DNA of 64,000 bases from Octopus sinensis. Taxonomy: Eukaryota. Shown here one piece after another: positions 1-11,439 of this stretch. The stretch spans positions 38,130,001-38,194,000 of the forward strand of contig NC_043015.1 in assembly GCF_006345805.1 (NCBI RefSeq). The letters run 5' to 3'. The notes under the pieces were generated by a model that worked only from the letters and a program-made list of their open reading frames with translations, did no database searches and was not told where the DNA came from. The first letter of the stretch is position 1; each line of letters opens with the position of its first letter. The position numbers and the translations under genes were made by a program.

Positions 1-319
1 TTCCATTCCCCAACAACTCCCTCTCTAACCCCTCCCCATTCGTTATGATATCATTAAACTCTTATACACACGTGCTGCGAGCACAAACATCTGTTGAAAA
101 ACCCACTCCGATCTACCCATACACTTCAATCCCCACCCCCAGTTCCCAGCTGTACACCCACTCTCTCACTTTTTCTCTCACTGTACACGGGTGTGTATGT
201 ATTTGGGTAGTTAGGTATGTATGTATGTATGTAGGTATGAAGGTAGTTAGGTGTGTAGGTATGCGTGTGTATACGTACGTATGTATGCATGTATGTGAGC
301 ATATATACATTTGTACACA

Positions 320-478
320 GGCGCAGGAGTGGCTATGTGGTAAGATGTTTCCTTCCCAGCCACATGGCTTTGGGTTCATTCCCCAGCATGGCAACTTGGG
401 CAAGTGTCTTCTAGTTTAGCCTTGGGCCAACTAAGCCCTCTGAGCGGATTTTGTAGACGGAAACTTGAAAGAACGTCG
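320..478 (+). mobile_element. tRNA-derived SINE, 5' head and central part (family A: head - microsatellite - tail)
   Basis: GGCGCAGGAGTGGCTATGTGG A-box-like start and GGGTTCATTCCC B-box-like motif, then TTGGGCAAGTGTCTT and GTAGACGGAAAC. The same body recurs at ~27620-27800 (-), 35960-36010 and 53100-53140. Confidence 0.75.
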
Positions 479-488
479 TGTGTGTGTG

Positions 489-578
<90 letters not shown>
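479..578. repeat. (GT)n/(CTGT)n/(CTAT)n compound microsatellite
   Basis: Direct reading. Confidence 0.95.
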
Positions 579-579
<1 letters not shown>

Positions 580-830
580 CTCTTTTATTCTTTTACTTGT
601 TTCAGACATTTGACTGTGGCCATACTGAAGCACCGCCTTTTAGTCGAAGAAATCGACCACAAGACTTAATTTTTAAGCCAAGTATTTATTCTGTCACCTT
701 CTTTTGTCGAATCGGTGAGTTACGGGGCCGAGGACGCACCAAAACTAGTTGTCAAGCTGTGTGGTGGTGGTGGTGGTGGTGGTGGTGGTGGTGGTGTGGG
801 GACACATACAAACAAAGACACACTCGCACA
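580..830 (-). mobile_element. SINE family A, 3' tail
   Basis: Reverse complement of the tail seen on + at 36170-36350 (GGCGGTGCTCCAGCATGGCCGCAGT..ATGACTGA..AGTAAAAGAATAAAAGA). Confidence 0.75.
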
Positions 831-869
831 CACCACTCTTCCACACACACATATGTACGTACATACATA

Positions 870-969
870 NNNNNNNNNNNNNNNNNNNNNNNNNNNNNNN
901 NNNNNNNNNNNNNNNNNNNNNNNNNNNNNNNNNNNNNNNNNNNNNNNNNNNNNNNNNNNNNNNNNNNNN
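870..969. other. Assembly gap (100 N, true size unknown)
   Basis: Run of exactly 100 N. Confidence 0.99.
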
Positions 970-1887
970 ACCCATATCACCTGTTTGTGCCGTTCTGGTG
1001 CTGTCTTTCAATGTCGGTGACCTTGACGTTTCACACTGCGGTAAGCGACTCTGCGTTTCTGTTGCCGAAACCGAAAATGAAGCAGAACATTTTTTGCGTT
1101 TCCTGTCTTTTTTGGAGGGCGAAGCACCAGGCAAAGCTTGATAACTCTTTGATGCACTACGAGAACAAACCGTCTTTTTAATGTTATCGTCAATTGTATT
1201 CAAACTTTCTGATGGGTTTAGTTCAAGTAATGGTTTTATCAAAGAGTTCCGAGATGGTTGTCTGGAAAGTAACAGCGAGCTTTTTGAGTCCATTTGATAT
1301 TTCTCGATAATTCTCTGATGTAGCTTCCGTTTTTCCATTTGGAATTTTCTGCATCCAGTGATATCTGATCGCAGCTTCATTGTTAATGCCATTGGTAGTT
1401 TAAGGCGGCCAATTGTCCGATCGTGTACACTGCCCAGCTTCCGGTTGCTTTTGTTTCCTATGTCAACGACATTTCGAACTTGGCATTTTGAACGAAGTTT
1501 AGAGATGCTATACGGCTGGCCGACGTAATTAGCTTCAAAAAATAACTTGAACCATCGTCCGAAATAAAAGTTATCCTTGAAAGTCATTCGCATCATATTC
1601 TCCATTGGAATATTTTTGATGATTCCCAGTTCATTGAAAATGCACTGAAGGCATTTGAAATTGTGATATTTATCATAATCAGTCAGGCCTCCAATTCGAA
1701 CTTTTTTTAGCGAAAGTGATCCTGGGAACAGTATTTCCATTCCAAGACAAAGTTCTGTTCCACTTCCAAGCTCACCAATGTCTTTCATTTCTGGGCTAAG
1801 AGTTTCCTGAAGCCAGCTAATCAGAGTTTCTTTGCTAACATTATGTATCCCCTGAGACTGTGTATTCGTGACAACTTGCATCTCCAT
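970..1887 (-). CDS. MAPRE: Divergent EB1/MAPRE-family microtubule end-binding protein: N-terminal CH domain plus basic, Ser-rich tail; 3' end lost in the gap
   Basis: 306 uninterrupted codons. N-terminus aligns by eye to the EB1 CH domain: VSKETLISWLQETL~LSRHDMLAWINESL, ELGSGTELCLGMEILFPGSLSLKKV~[32 protein letters not shown]~QNFKILQ, FKDNFYFGRWFKLFFEANY~FQDNFEFVQWFKKFFDANY. ATG context is AACAAAATG. Sequence beyond the gap is microsatellite and SINE, so the ORF-track extension to 745 is not credited. Confidence 0.88.
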
Positions 1888-1999
1888 TTTGTTAAACTGT
1901 CTCTGCAGTACGACACTTCGAAATAGGACTTTTAAACATATATCGAAATAGTGAACGAAGTCTTTTTTCGAAATTATATATCGCAGGCATGAACTGCCT

Positions 2000-2420
2000 T
2001 TGCAGTGATGTCAAACTGATAGTGACGTCACACTGTGACGACGTCGTCAAAGGAGACCGCTCAGTCTTCATTTGAAGTCGGAAAGTTAATGTCGCATCTT
2101 TAAAACGAATAAATAGACAAGGATTCCACCATAGTGAAATGTTGCGGTCAGTGATGGAAATTCAAACGGTAAATGTCCTTGACAAAGCAAGGCCGTAACT
2201 TCGATTCCCCTTTTAAAATTGCAATCATTCTACGCCTTTTGACTCTCAGACTCTTCAGAAAAGAACAAACGCAGTACAATCTTCTTCACCTTTCGATTTG
2301 TAGAATTTCAATTCGACAATTTGAGAACTTCTGAAAAAATGAGCAGATTTGTTGGTGTACGTTTTACAAAACCCACTGTGCCTACTTTAACATCCGGTTC
2401 AAAACGGAAGTGACGTAGAA
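2000..2420 (-). promoter_or_regulatory. Candidate promoter of the EB1-like gene: CRE cluster and ETS-CRE composite
   Basis: TGATGTCA 2006-2013, perfect GTGACGTCAC 2022-2031, palindrome TGACGACGTCGTCA 2036-2049, CGGAAGTGACGT 2405-2416. Unique, CpG-retaining sequence 120-530 bp upstream of the ATG. Confidence 0.55.
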
Positions 2421-2544
2421 AATGAAGGCGTTTCATCCAACAAATAATGTATAATTATAAGAGCATTGTTTTACACGTGATGACAACAAAAGATAAATTA
2501 AATTGACTTAGTGGCCATTTTATAGAAAATTTTATAAACATAAT

Positions 2545-3083
<539 letters not shown>

Positions 3084-3139
3084 CACGTGTTATTACATAT
3101 AGTGAAAGCTGTTTTCAGTAAAATTGTTGTTGACTATTT

Positions 3140-3570
3140 CCGGTTTAGTTTCGAACTCAGAAATATGAAATATTCTTCCGGAGAAGGTCGCTCTCTTCAT
3201 TTATTTTATAAAGAGGGAAAATTGTAAGTTCTCCTTGTGCACAGGTGTCCAAATGATCACTCCATGGTATGGGTCTAAGTGCGGGATGTTTTATTTGATG
3301 TCTGTGCACATTCACCCGGTTGCTTAATTTCGATTTTGTTTCTCCGATATAATGTTCGTTGCATCGTGGCCATCAGGTTTTTGCTTTTACAGTTCATATT
3401 TACATTCACTTTCAATTCTTTTCCATTCTGGAATTTTTTGGCTGGTCCCTGTCCTATTAAATCACATGTCCCACATCGGAGTCTTCACATTTGGCAACTT
3501 GCATCATTTCTGCCTCTGATGCAAATCTTGCTTTGGTTAGACGTTTCTTAAGATTTGATGGTTGCCTTCG
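3140..3570 (-). mobile_element. Penelope-like element GIY-YIG endonuclease fragment (degenerate)
   Basis: Minus-strand translation KRLTKARF..KCEDS.CGTCDLIGQG, then NEHYIGETKSKLSNRVNVHRHQIKHP..WSDHLDTC..IFPLYK, typical of the PLE endonuclease. Confidence 0.8.
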
Positions 3571-3599
3571 GCTGTTGATTATTTGTTTTTGCTTGCTCA

Positions 3600-5097
3600 C
3601 AAAAAAGAAACCTTTTTTAGGATATACGAACTCAAAACAGACACGGAAGAGAAACCTAAGGATACAGGAAATAGATGGAATTTTGAGACAAATAAAGAGA
3701 AGACCGATATAAAATAAATATTTCAGAAAGAAACCTCAAAGAAAAGGAAGTTAACCTTCTAAAATATGGACTCAAATTTACACCAACCCCGCAACGCAAC
3801 ACCATAGATCTTATTAAAGACTCGGAAGAATTTTGCAGAAAACTCCGCCTTAAAGATTTCTTTCAAAATAAACACAATGAAGATCCATCTATTGTGAAGA
3901 ACCAGATAAGCTTTATACCCCCAGTAAACAAAAACAGATACTTAGAGGAATATATAATGTATCTGAAAATATCTGCAAAACCCAATATCACAATGGACCA
4001 TGCAGAATCAAATATTACGCATGAATAGACAAACTCCATTATAGAGAAATGGTCCTTGAGCACCTGAATAACCAACAATTCTTTAAAAAAAATTAGAAAA
4101 TTATCTAGATAGGTATACATGAAATAAGATTAGTAAACTTACAAAAACATATAAAAATGAACTTACAAAAAAAAAGAGATTACCTTACTAAGTCTGAAGT
4201 AAAAACCAGTAACATGTAAGGTCTTCCAAAAATCCACAAATCTAAAGAAATCAAGGACTGTTTCAAGGACATTCACACTCTCTGTATAAAGATTCCCAGA
4301 CCATCTGATCTTGAATTAAGATCAATTGTAGCAGGACCAGCATCAAGCACACAAAGACCGAGTAACCTATATAAATTGGTCCTTAGTTTTATTAGAGACT
4401 AGCAGCATAGCCCGGCGTTGCCCGGGTATTTAAGAGCCCCTAGTAGGCAACGACTAATCCCAATCTAGTTCTTTCCCTCTAGGGAACGAAGACGCATATG
4501 TAGGTTGCAATGTCTTTTATTCACTCGAATACTTCTGTGTATACGATGTTCCTAGCTGTCTCCCGACAGAAAATGTGTTGCATATAAAAAGCTTAGATTC
4601 TCGACCCCATGTCGAATTTATCGATTTTTTTCAGAACTGGGGGAGCTTTTCAAAATTTTCGCTGCGTTAGTTTTGAATTATGACATTGGACTATGTGTGT
4701 GTTTAGTTTCATCAGAATCGGTTGAAAGCCGTGGTCAGGGTGAGAGTACAACCTGACAGACACACAGACACACAGACAGACAAACTGCCGTTTATATAGA
4801 GAGAGATGATATGGATTTCCTAAACCACATTTCAAAAAGAACGAACAAAGAAACCATATTAGACGGCCTTGATGTAGTCAGTCTCTACACCGATACCCCC
4901 CCCCCATAACCTAGGACGAAAAGCAGTAGAGGTCTGGATACACAAATACTCACAAAGAATCCAAGAAAGATTCTCCAAGGAGTCCATACTTGAATGGCAA
5001 CAGCTAGTACAAGAAAATACCTACTTCTCTTTAGACAACCAATACTACCTACAAATACAGGGGACTGCGATGGGTACCAGGGTAGCACCTACAGCAC
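3600..5097 (+). mobile_element. Penelope-like element reverse transcriptase fragment, interrupted by a Helitron
   Basis: LLKYGLKFTPTPQRN..EFCRKLRLKDFF, *GLPKIHK, LRSIVAGP, SFIR/DDMDFLNH, DVVSLYT, DNQYYLQIQGTAMGTRVAPT. Contains stops and frameshifts. Confidence 0.88.
4399..4806 (-). mobile_element. Non-autonomous Helitron (408 bp)
   Basis: Minus strand starts TC and ends CTAG. Subterminal hairpin CCCGG-GCAACG-CCGGG at 4411-4426. Inserted between A and T with no TSD. Excision restores the PLE reading frame F-I-R-D-D-M-D-F. Confidence 0.9.
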
Positions 5098-5114
5098 TTT
5101 CACCGCACACCTTG

Positions 5115-5415
5115 AAGCCCCCAACAGAACTCGACACCATCTCACAGCTTGAAACAGACACAACTCTGGATTCAGAAAAATATTCCATCGTTCATAGGCG
5201 AGGACATGTGGCCCTCAAGAAGCCCCGATCTCAACCCGTTGGCTCTTTCTCTTTGGTCCATTTTGGAAACGAAGGTCTCGAGCACACTTCATGTTTCGCT
5301 CAACACTCCGAAATGGAAACTGCGCCAAGAATGGGCTTCGATTCCGCAAAAATAGCTGCGTGCCGCAAAGATTCGCACCTAGACTTAGGGTTGTGATTCG
5401 AAACAGTGACGATCA
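5115..5415 (+). mobile_element. Tc1/mariner DD37D (maT-type) transposase C-terminal fragment
   Basis: QQNSTPSH..WIQKNIPSFIGEDMWPSRSPDLNPL(A)LSLWSILETKV..LRQEWASIPQK. There are 37 residues between the positions of the 2nd and 3rd catalytic residues, both mutated. Confidence 0.7.
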
Positions 5416-5657
5416 TATTGAATAAATGTGCTCGTGTTATAATCGTGTTTCCTTTACCATTGCGTTGCAACACTCAAACCCGAAGCACAACTATATTTTG
5501 TTTTGGCAACATTGGAAAAAGTTGTTTGCCTACACACACACGCACACACACTTGTGTGTGATTGTGTGTGTGTGAGTATAATTTATCATGTCAGAACAGT
5601 CTTGGTGACGTGCAAATATCTTGGGTTTCTTAGTAACAAGGGGATCGATCTGCATAT

Positions 5658-5699
<42 letters not shown>

Positions 5700-5994
5700 A
5701 TACACACGTACACACACACACATACACATTCATGTATTCCTACCACTCCATGGCAGGTCACACGATCGCGAGACTGACTCAGTTTCGAGTTACTTGGCCC
5801 CTCGAGCTGAGCTGCTTTGTTGTGTTCCTTTGTCTTTGCCAGGACAGATGCTTGCCCCAGTCTACCTGGATGCACAAGATCCTAATCTAAGCACCTCGGG
5901 TGTTATGGAGAAATTAATTTATGTCTTACACTGCACCCTCTTGATTTGAATACTTAATCACCCGGTGACGTGCTTTCTACTATCGCACCTGTGA

Positions 5995-6476
5995 TTTGCC
6001 ATCAAGGAATAAATTGTTATGTTTATTAACGAAAGAATATTACCTTCTGATATTTGTCGTTACATTCATGTAAAACACACATTCGTACATTATTGGAAGC
6101 CTTCTCACACGCACACAATCCAGATACTGCCTAAAGAAATCTGCAGTTACTCTATCCAGACTACAAGTTGAGGTTTATACCTGTAATATTTTGGGCACTG
6201 GGATATGTAACACACTGCCTAAATATCAATCTTGAGAAATTAGGCTTCTCAAAACCAGAAAGGACAAAGCTGATTCGAAGACTACAGATCCAATCCATCC
6301 CTGGAACTTACAGAGATCTGTAAAACTTTCCAGAAGCTTATCATTTAAATATATATGAGCATGTCTAGATATGTAGCTATATGCATGAGAAGACATACAT
6401 TAAAGCATACAAATCTGCACATACACATACATACATACATACATACATACATACATACATAACATACATACATACA

Positions 6477-6508
<32 letters not shown>

Positions 6509-6650
6509 ATACATACAAAAATACCCTGTTGTTGATATTGAAATCCCAATGAGGGAGCATTGCATCTAGGTTAGAAACCGGCTCATTCTCTATTGGTAAG
6601 AAATCTTGAAATGATGACATACTGTGGCAGCCAAACTGAATTGATGACAT
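5995..6650 (+). mobile_element. R4/Dong-type (RLE) LINE 3' end, subfamily B, with 3' UTR containing (CATA)n
   Basis: LYPDYKLRFIPVIFWALGYVTHCLNINLEKLGFSKPERTKLIRRLQIQSI. UTR motif AATCCCAATGAGGGAGC..TTAGAAACCGGCTC..AAGAAATCTTGAAAT recurs at ~11950-12040 and 44560-44670 (-). Confidence 0.7.
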
Positions 6651-6659
6651 ACATGCATA

Positions 6660-6918
6660 ACGTTTATACACGCATACATACACACATACACATACACACA
6701 CACATACATACATACATACACACACACATACACACACACATACATACATACATACATACACACATACACATACACACACACATACATACATACAAACATA
6801 CATACATACATACATACACACACATACATACATACATACATACATACATACATACATACATACATACATACACATACATACATACATACATACATACATA
6901 CATACATACACACATATA

Positions 6919-6951
<33 letters not shown>

Positions 6952-7058
6952 GCATGCATACATACATATATACACACATACATACACACATACATACATA
7001 CACACATACATACATACATACATACATACATACATACATACATACATACATACATACA

Positions 7059-7091
<33 letters not shown>

Positions 7092-7160
7092 GCATGCATA
7101 CATACATATATACACACATACATACATACATACATGCCTGCATTCATACATACATACATA
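6660..7160. repeat. (CATA)n/(CA)n microsatellite
   Basis: Direct reading. Confidence 0.95.
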
Positions 7161-7224
7161 GCCTCATGGTTACATGTACAGTGGTCCACATTCGCTAATA
7201 TCTGCAAAAAAGAAATAACTAACC

Positions 7225-7445
7225 CACTGCGCATGTGCAGCACCTACTCTCAGTAAATAACACTATTCTATGAAGTTGCGCGTGCGCAGTACGTATAACT
7301 AATAACATTATAACATTACTCAGCAAAGTTGCACATGCGTGGAACGTGCTCTAAAATCCATTGACACTATTCTATGAAACTACGCATGTGCGGAGCCTAA
7401 CTCCGAACGAGTAATATTTCTCTGTGAAGACACGCATGCGCAGTC
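7225..7445. repeat. Decayed ~51-bp minisatellite, 5 units, each with a GCGCATGCGC-like core
   Basis: Cores at 7228, 7277, 7330, 7381, 7431 (spacings 49, 53, 51, 50). Shared flank ACACTATTCTATGAA. Confidence 0.75.
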
Positions 7446-8015
7446 AATAGTCTCCCAACTAATGACATTACTTTTTCTGATTCTGAACGGCTTTTACAAG
7501 TTTTCTACTCATCACGTGGCTTTTAATGTAATTACTGCAATTATTGCCCCGCTGCACCACCCCCACCCCCCACCCCACCCCCGGCATTAAACAACCTTTT
7601 CCTCAAACCCTTTACATAACAACAACAACGACAACGACGACGACGACGACGATGATGATGATGATGATGATGATAATAATAATGATGATGATGATGATGA
7701 TGATAATGATGATAATGATGATGATGATGATGAGGAGGAGGAGGAGGGGGAGGAGGAGGAGGATAATAATGAAGATATTTAACACAATCAAAATGGCTTC
7801 CTACAGAAAGAAGTTTTCTTTGCATTGAGAGGAAATGTGTATGTACATATGAATGCACCAGTCTGTATGTGTGTGTCAGTGTGTGTGTCAGTGTGTGTTA
7901 GAGTGTGTTAGTGTGTTAGTGTGTGTGTGTGTGTTCCCGCCCCTCATTTTCTTTTAATTTCTCTTATTCCTGTGTTTTCTCCTCCCCGGATCTCTTCTAA
8001 AAAATTGTGTCAGCA

Positions 8016-8067
<52 letters not shown>

Positions 8068-8284
8068 TAACACACACACACATACACTAACACACACACA
8101 CACACATACACTAACACACACACACACATACACTAACACACACACACACACATAGACACACACACAAATACACACACTAATACACAAATACACACACACA
8201 TGCAGAACTACATGCATACATACATGCATATATACACACATACACACATACATGTATACATATCTACATGAATACACACACACA

Positions 8285-8330
<46 letters not shown>

Positions 8331-8783
8331 TTCCGTTTTTGTCTTCTATGTTCTTTTATTTTTGCTGCTTTGTTTTGTTTCTCAATTTTGTTTTTTTTTG
8401 TTTATTTTGTTTTCTTTCACTCCTTTAAAGTGTTATCTCCCACCGCCACCACCACCACCACCACCAACAACAACAACAGCAACTACCATGCCAGCCTCCT
8501 CCTCCCTCGTCCCAACCCACCCCCTCCATCCAACACTCAATCATATTTTAATTTGTCTATTCATTTCCAGACTTTAGAAGACAATTTTAGATTTCGTCGT
8601 AGTCGTCGTCGTGGTTGATGACGACGACGATGACGACGAGTGGGAGGAGGAAGTGGAGGAAGGGGAGGAGAGGGAGGAAGCGGAGAACATCTTATTTATT
8701 TGCCTCAAGAACAGAAAGACAAAACATTACAAAACAACACAATCCAAATAATTTACAAAGCCAGGATAATATGTATGCATATA

Positions 8784-8824
<41 letters not shown>

Positions 8825-8904
8825 GTGTGCGTGTGCGTGTGCGTGTGTGTGTGTATGTGTGTGCGTGTGTGTGTGTGCGTGTGTGTGTGTGTGTGTATGC
8901 GCGC

Positions 8905-9083
8905 GTGTGGTTTAGTGATTAGCGTGTAACACTCCTGATTGAAAGATTGAGGTTTCGATTCCCGGACCAGGCGACGCGTTGCGTTCTTGAGCAAAACCCT
9001 TCACTTCACGTTCTCCAGGCCATTCAGCTGGCAAAACATGAGTTTACCCTGCAACAGACCGACATCCTTTCCAAGTAAATGTA

Positions 9084-9163
<80 letters not shown>

Positions 9164-9215
9164 CCTACAAAATCTAGGGAAACCATCCTTGTCAGTCTAT
9201 GGCTCGAGAAGGACC
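8905..9215 (+). mobile_element. tRNA-derived SINE with V-domain-like centre, interrupted by (TA)n
   Basis: GTGTGGTTTAGTGATTAG and GGTTTCGATTCCCGG boxes, then TTCTTGAGCAAAACCCTT. Related copies at 9745-9875 (-) and 37880-38075 (+) carry GATGGACT.G..CCCGTCCAG. Confidence 0.65.
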
Positions 9216-9284
9216 CTTGTTTTTACACACACATACATATACATGTATAAGTATTAACTATGACTTAATTCTTCCTCTCATACC

Positions 9285-9336
9285 GTCTCCGATGAAGGGA
9301 TATTGTCAATTAATATCCTAGAAACAGCTGTAAGAC
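9285..9336 (+). ncRNA. Minimal type I hammerhead ribozyme-like motif (U4C variant)
   Basis: Stem I GTCT/AGAC, core CCGATGA, stem II GGGATATT/AATATCCT, GAAA, palindromic stem III CAGCTG, cleavage triplet GUA. Confidence 0.55.
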
Positions 9337-9424
9337 CTTCTATCTATAAATGCTCTAATATCTACACAGCCTTGGTTTTTTTTTATCTTATTACGTAAAA
9401 AATTCTTATATATATATATATATA

Positions 9425-9679
9425 GTGTTCTTGAGCAAAGCACTTTATTTCACGTTGCTCCAGTTCACTCAGCTGTAGAAATGAGTTGCGACGTCACAGG
9501 TGCCAAGCTGTATCGACCTTTGTCTTTCCCTTGGATAACACTGATGGCGTGGAGAGGGGAGGCTGGTATGCATGGGCGACTGCTGGTCTTCCATAAACAA
9601 CCTTGCCCGGACTTGTGTCTAGGAGGGTAACTTTCTAGGCACAATCTCATGGTCTGTGTCGTGACCGAAGGGGGTCTCC

Positions 9680-9680
<1 letters not shown>
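9425..9680 (+). mobile_element. SINE family C body
   Basis: TGTTCTTGAGCAAAGCACTTTATTTCACGTTGCTCCAGTTCACTCAGC..GGTGCCAAGCTGTATCG..CCTTGCCCGGACTTGT. An inverted copy lies at 40885-41115. Confidence 0.75.
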
Positions 9681-9746
<66 letters not shown>

Positions 9747-10263
9747 AATGCGCCCTTTTAAGCCTAGTCAGGCTCACGGGCCCGGTTTCCCGGGTTCAGT
9801 GGTGTATGTGTTCCCCAGCTGGACGGGACTCCAGTCCATCGCAGCGTTACTCATTTTTGTCAGCTGAGTGGCTGTGGTGGTGGTGGTGTGTGTGTAGGTG
9901 GTGGCCGTGGTAATGTCGAGGGAATTGTATTTTACTCTCGTAACAGAAGCGAAAGAATCCATTGCTTTTAATCCCAGCCCTGAAATTCGATCCTCCAGTC
10001 ACGCTAACTCAGGAACTAAGGAGCCGCCCGCCCCACCCCCCGCCAACATCCACTAACCGCAATTCTCTTGTGGCGAGCGACGATCAAAGAAAATTCATCG
10101 ATAGCCATTGTCCGAAGCAAAACCGGACAGAAAGAAGAAACTTCTCGAATAACCCTCGAAGAAAGCGTAGAAGAGTTCAATGCGTGGACTTAGCCGCAAA
10201 TTAACAATTGCTGGTTTAGTATTACTACTCTTATTATCATCATCATCATCATCAACATCATCA

Positions 10264-10324
<61 letters not shown>

Positions 10325-10418
10325 ATAGTTTTATTTTTATAGCGTGCTTTCATTTCACTACCGAGCGCAGCTTTGTGTGCCTTGGGTATGTGCGGTGATT
10401 TGTTGTGATGCTCTGATG

Positions 10419-10469
<51 letters not shown>

Positions 10470-10744
10470 GTTATTATTATTATTATTAGAATATTCATTG
10501 TTATTCTTTATTTAAACGCTTGAATCCCATTCTGTTTGTACTGTGTTGTTCTCTTCCGTCCGCAACCTCTTTATATGAAACCTCTGTGGTTAATAAAGAA
10601 AAGATCATCATAATCATTATTATTATACACTTAACAGTTTGTCCTCTGCTCTCCTTAATGTTTTGCTTAATGTAAACTCTTTGTGGTCAATATAGAAACC
10701 ATCATCATCATCATCATCATCATCATTTCTTTTTATCTCGGATT

Positions 10745-11230
10745 TTGTTGGAACTCCTGAAGTCTTGCATGCGTAGCGGACTTATTACCTGCAGCCTACG
10801 GTGCCATGCTGTCCGTTCTTGTCAGCTAATACTCACCTGGTTATTCTGGCCGTGCCAGGGAGGCAAACCTTTTCTAACAGTTCTACTGGGCACTGTATTC
10901 CAATTTCCTTTATATTCCCCTTGGTGCCTTCTGATATTGTTCCCAAGCACCCAACAATAATTGGCACTATCTTCACATTCTTCATTTTCCATAGCCGAGC
11001 TATTTACATACTTAAGAGGGTTGTATCTATTTTTCTTTTTGCCTTCTTCCTTGAATATTCATGTATCATAGAGGCATGCAACAGCTACTCAAGAGCATAT
11101 GTGGTGCACCCTGTAGACCACCACTAGGTCCAGTCTGTTATGCTCTAGCACCTGATCTGTTTGAATTGGGAAATCCCAGAGCATTTTGCTAGTCTCCGAC
11201 TCCGTCACTCTGCGGTTTGTGCTCATACAA
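10745..11230 (-). mobile_element. R4/Dong-type LINE 3' fragment (RLE domain)
   Basis: KMLWDFPIQTDQVLEHNRLDLVVV..IARLWKMKNVKIVPIIVGCLGTI..EKVCLLGTARI. The 5' junction abuts (TAA)n. Confidence 0.85.
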
Positions 11231-11232
11231 CA

Positions 11233-11313
<81 letters not shown>

Positions 11314-11333
11314 TATTGTTATTATTATTATTA

Positions 11334-11401
<68 letters not shown>

Positions 11402-11439
11402 TCTATCACTCGCACCAACCGAAACATATGACCATGTGT

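Noticed and set aside
745-869. Extension of the EB1-like ORF beyond the gap (CMYVHM..TTTT)
   Set aside because: It translates microsatellite and SINE sequence, and the frame across a gap of unknown size is meaningless.
5770-5900. Possible small exon (acceptor TTTGTCTTTGCCAG) or hammerhead remnant (minus GAAACTGAGTC)
   Set aside because: The peptide is not recognisable and the CUGANGA core is missing.
7555-7585. G-quadruplex-capable tracts (also ~19235 and 39590-39630)
   Set aside because: Expected by chance in this simple-repeat-rich DNA; no supporting context.
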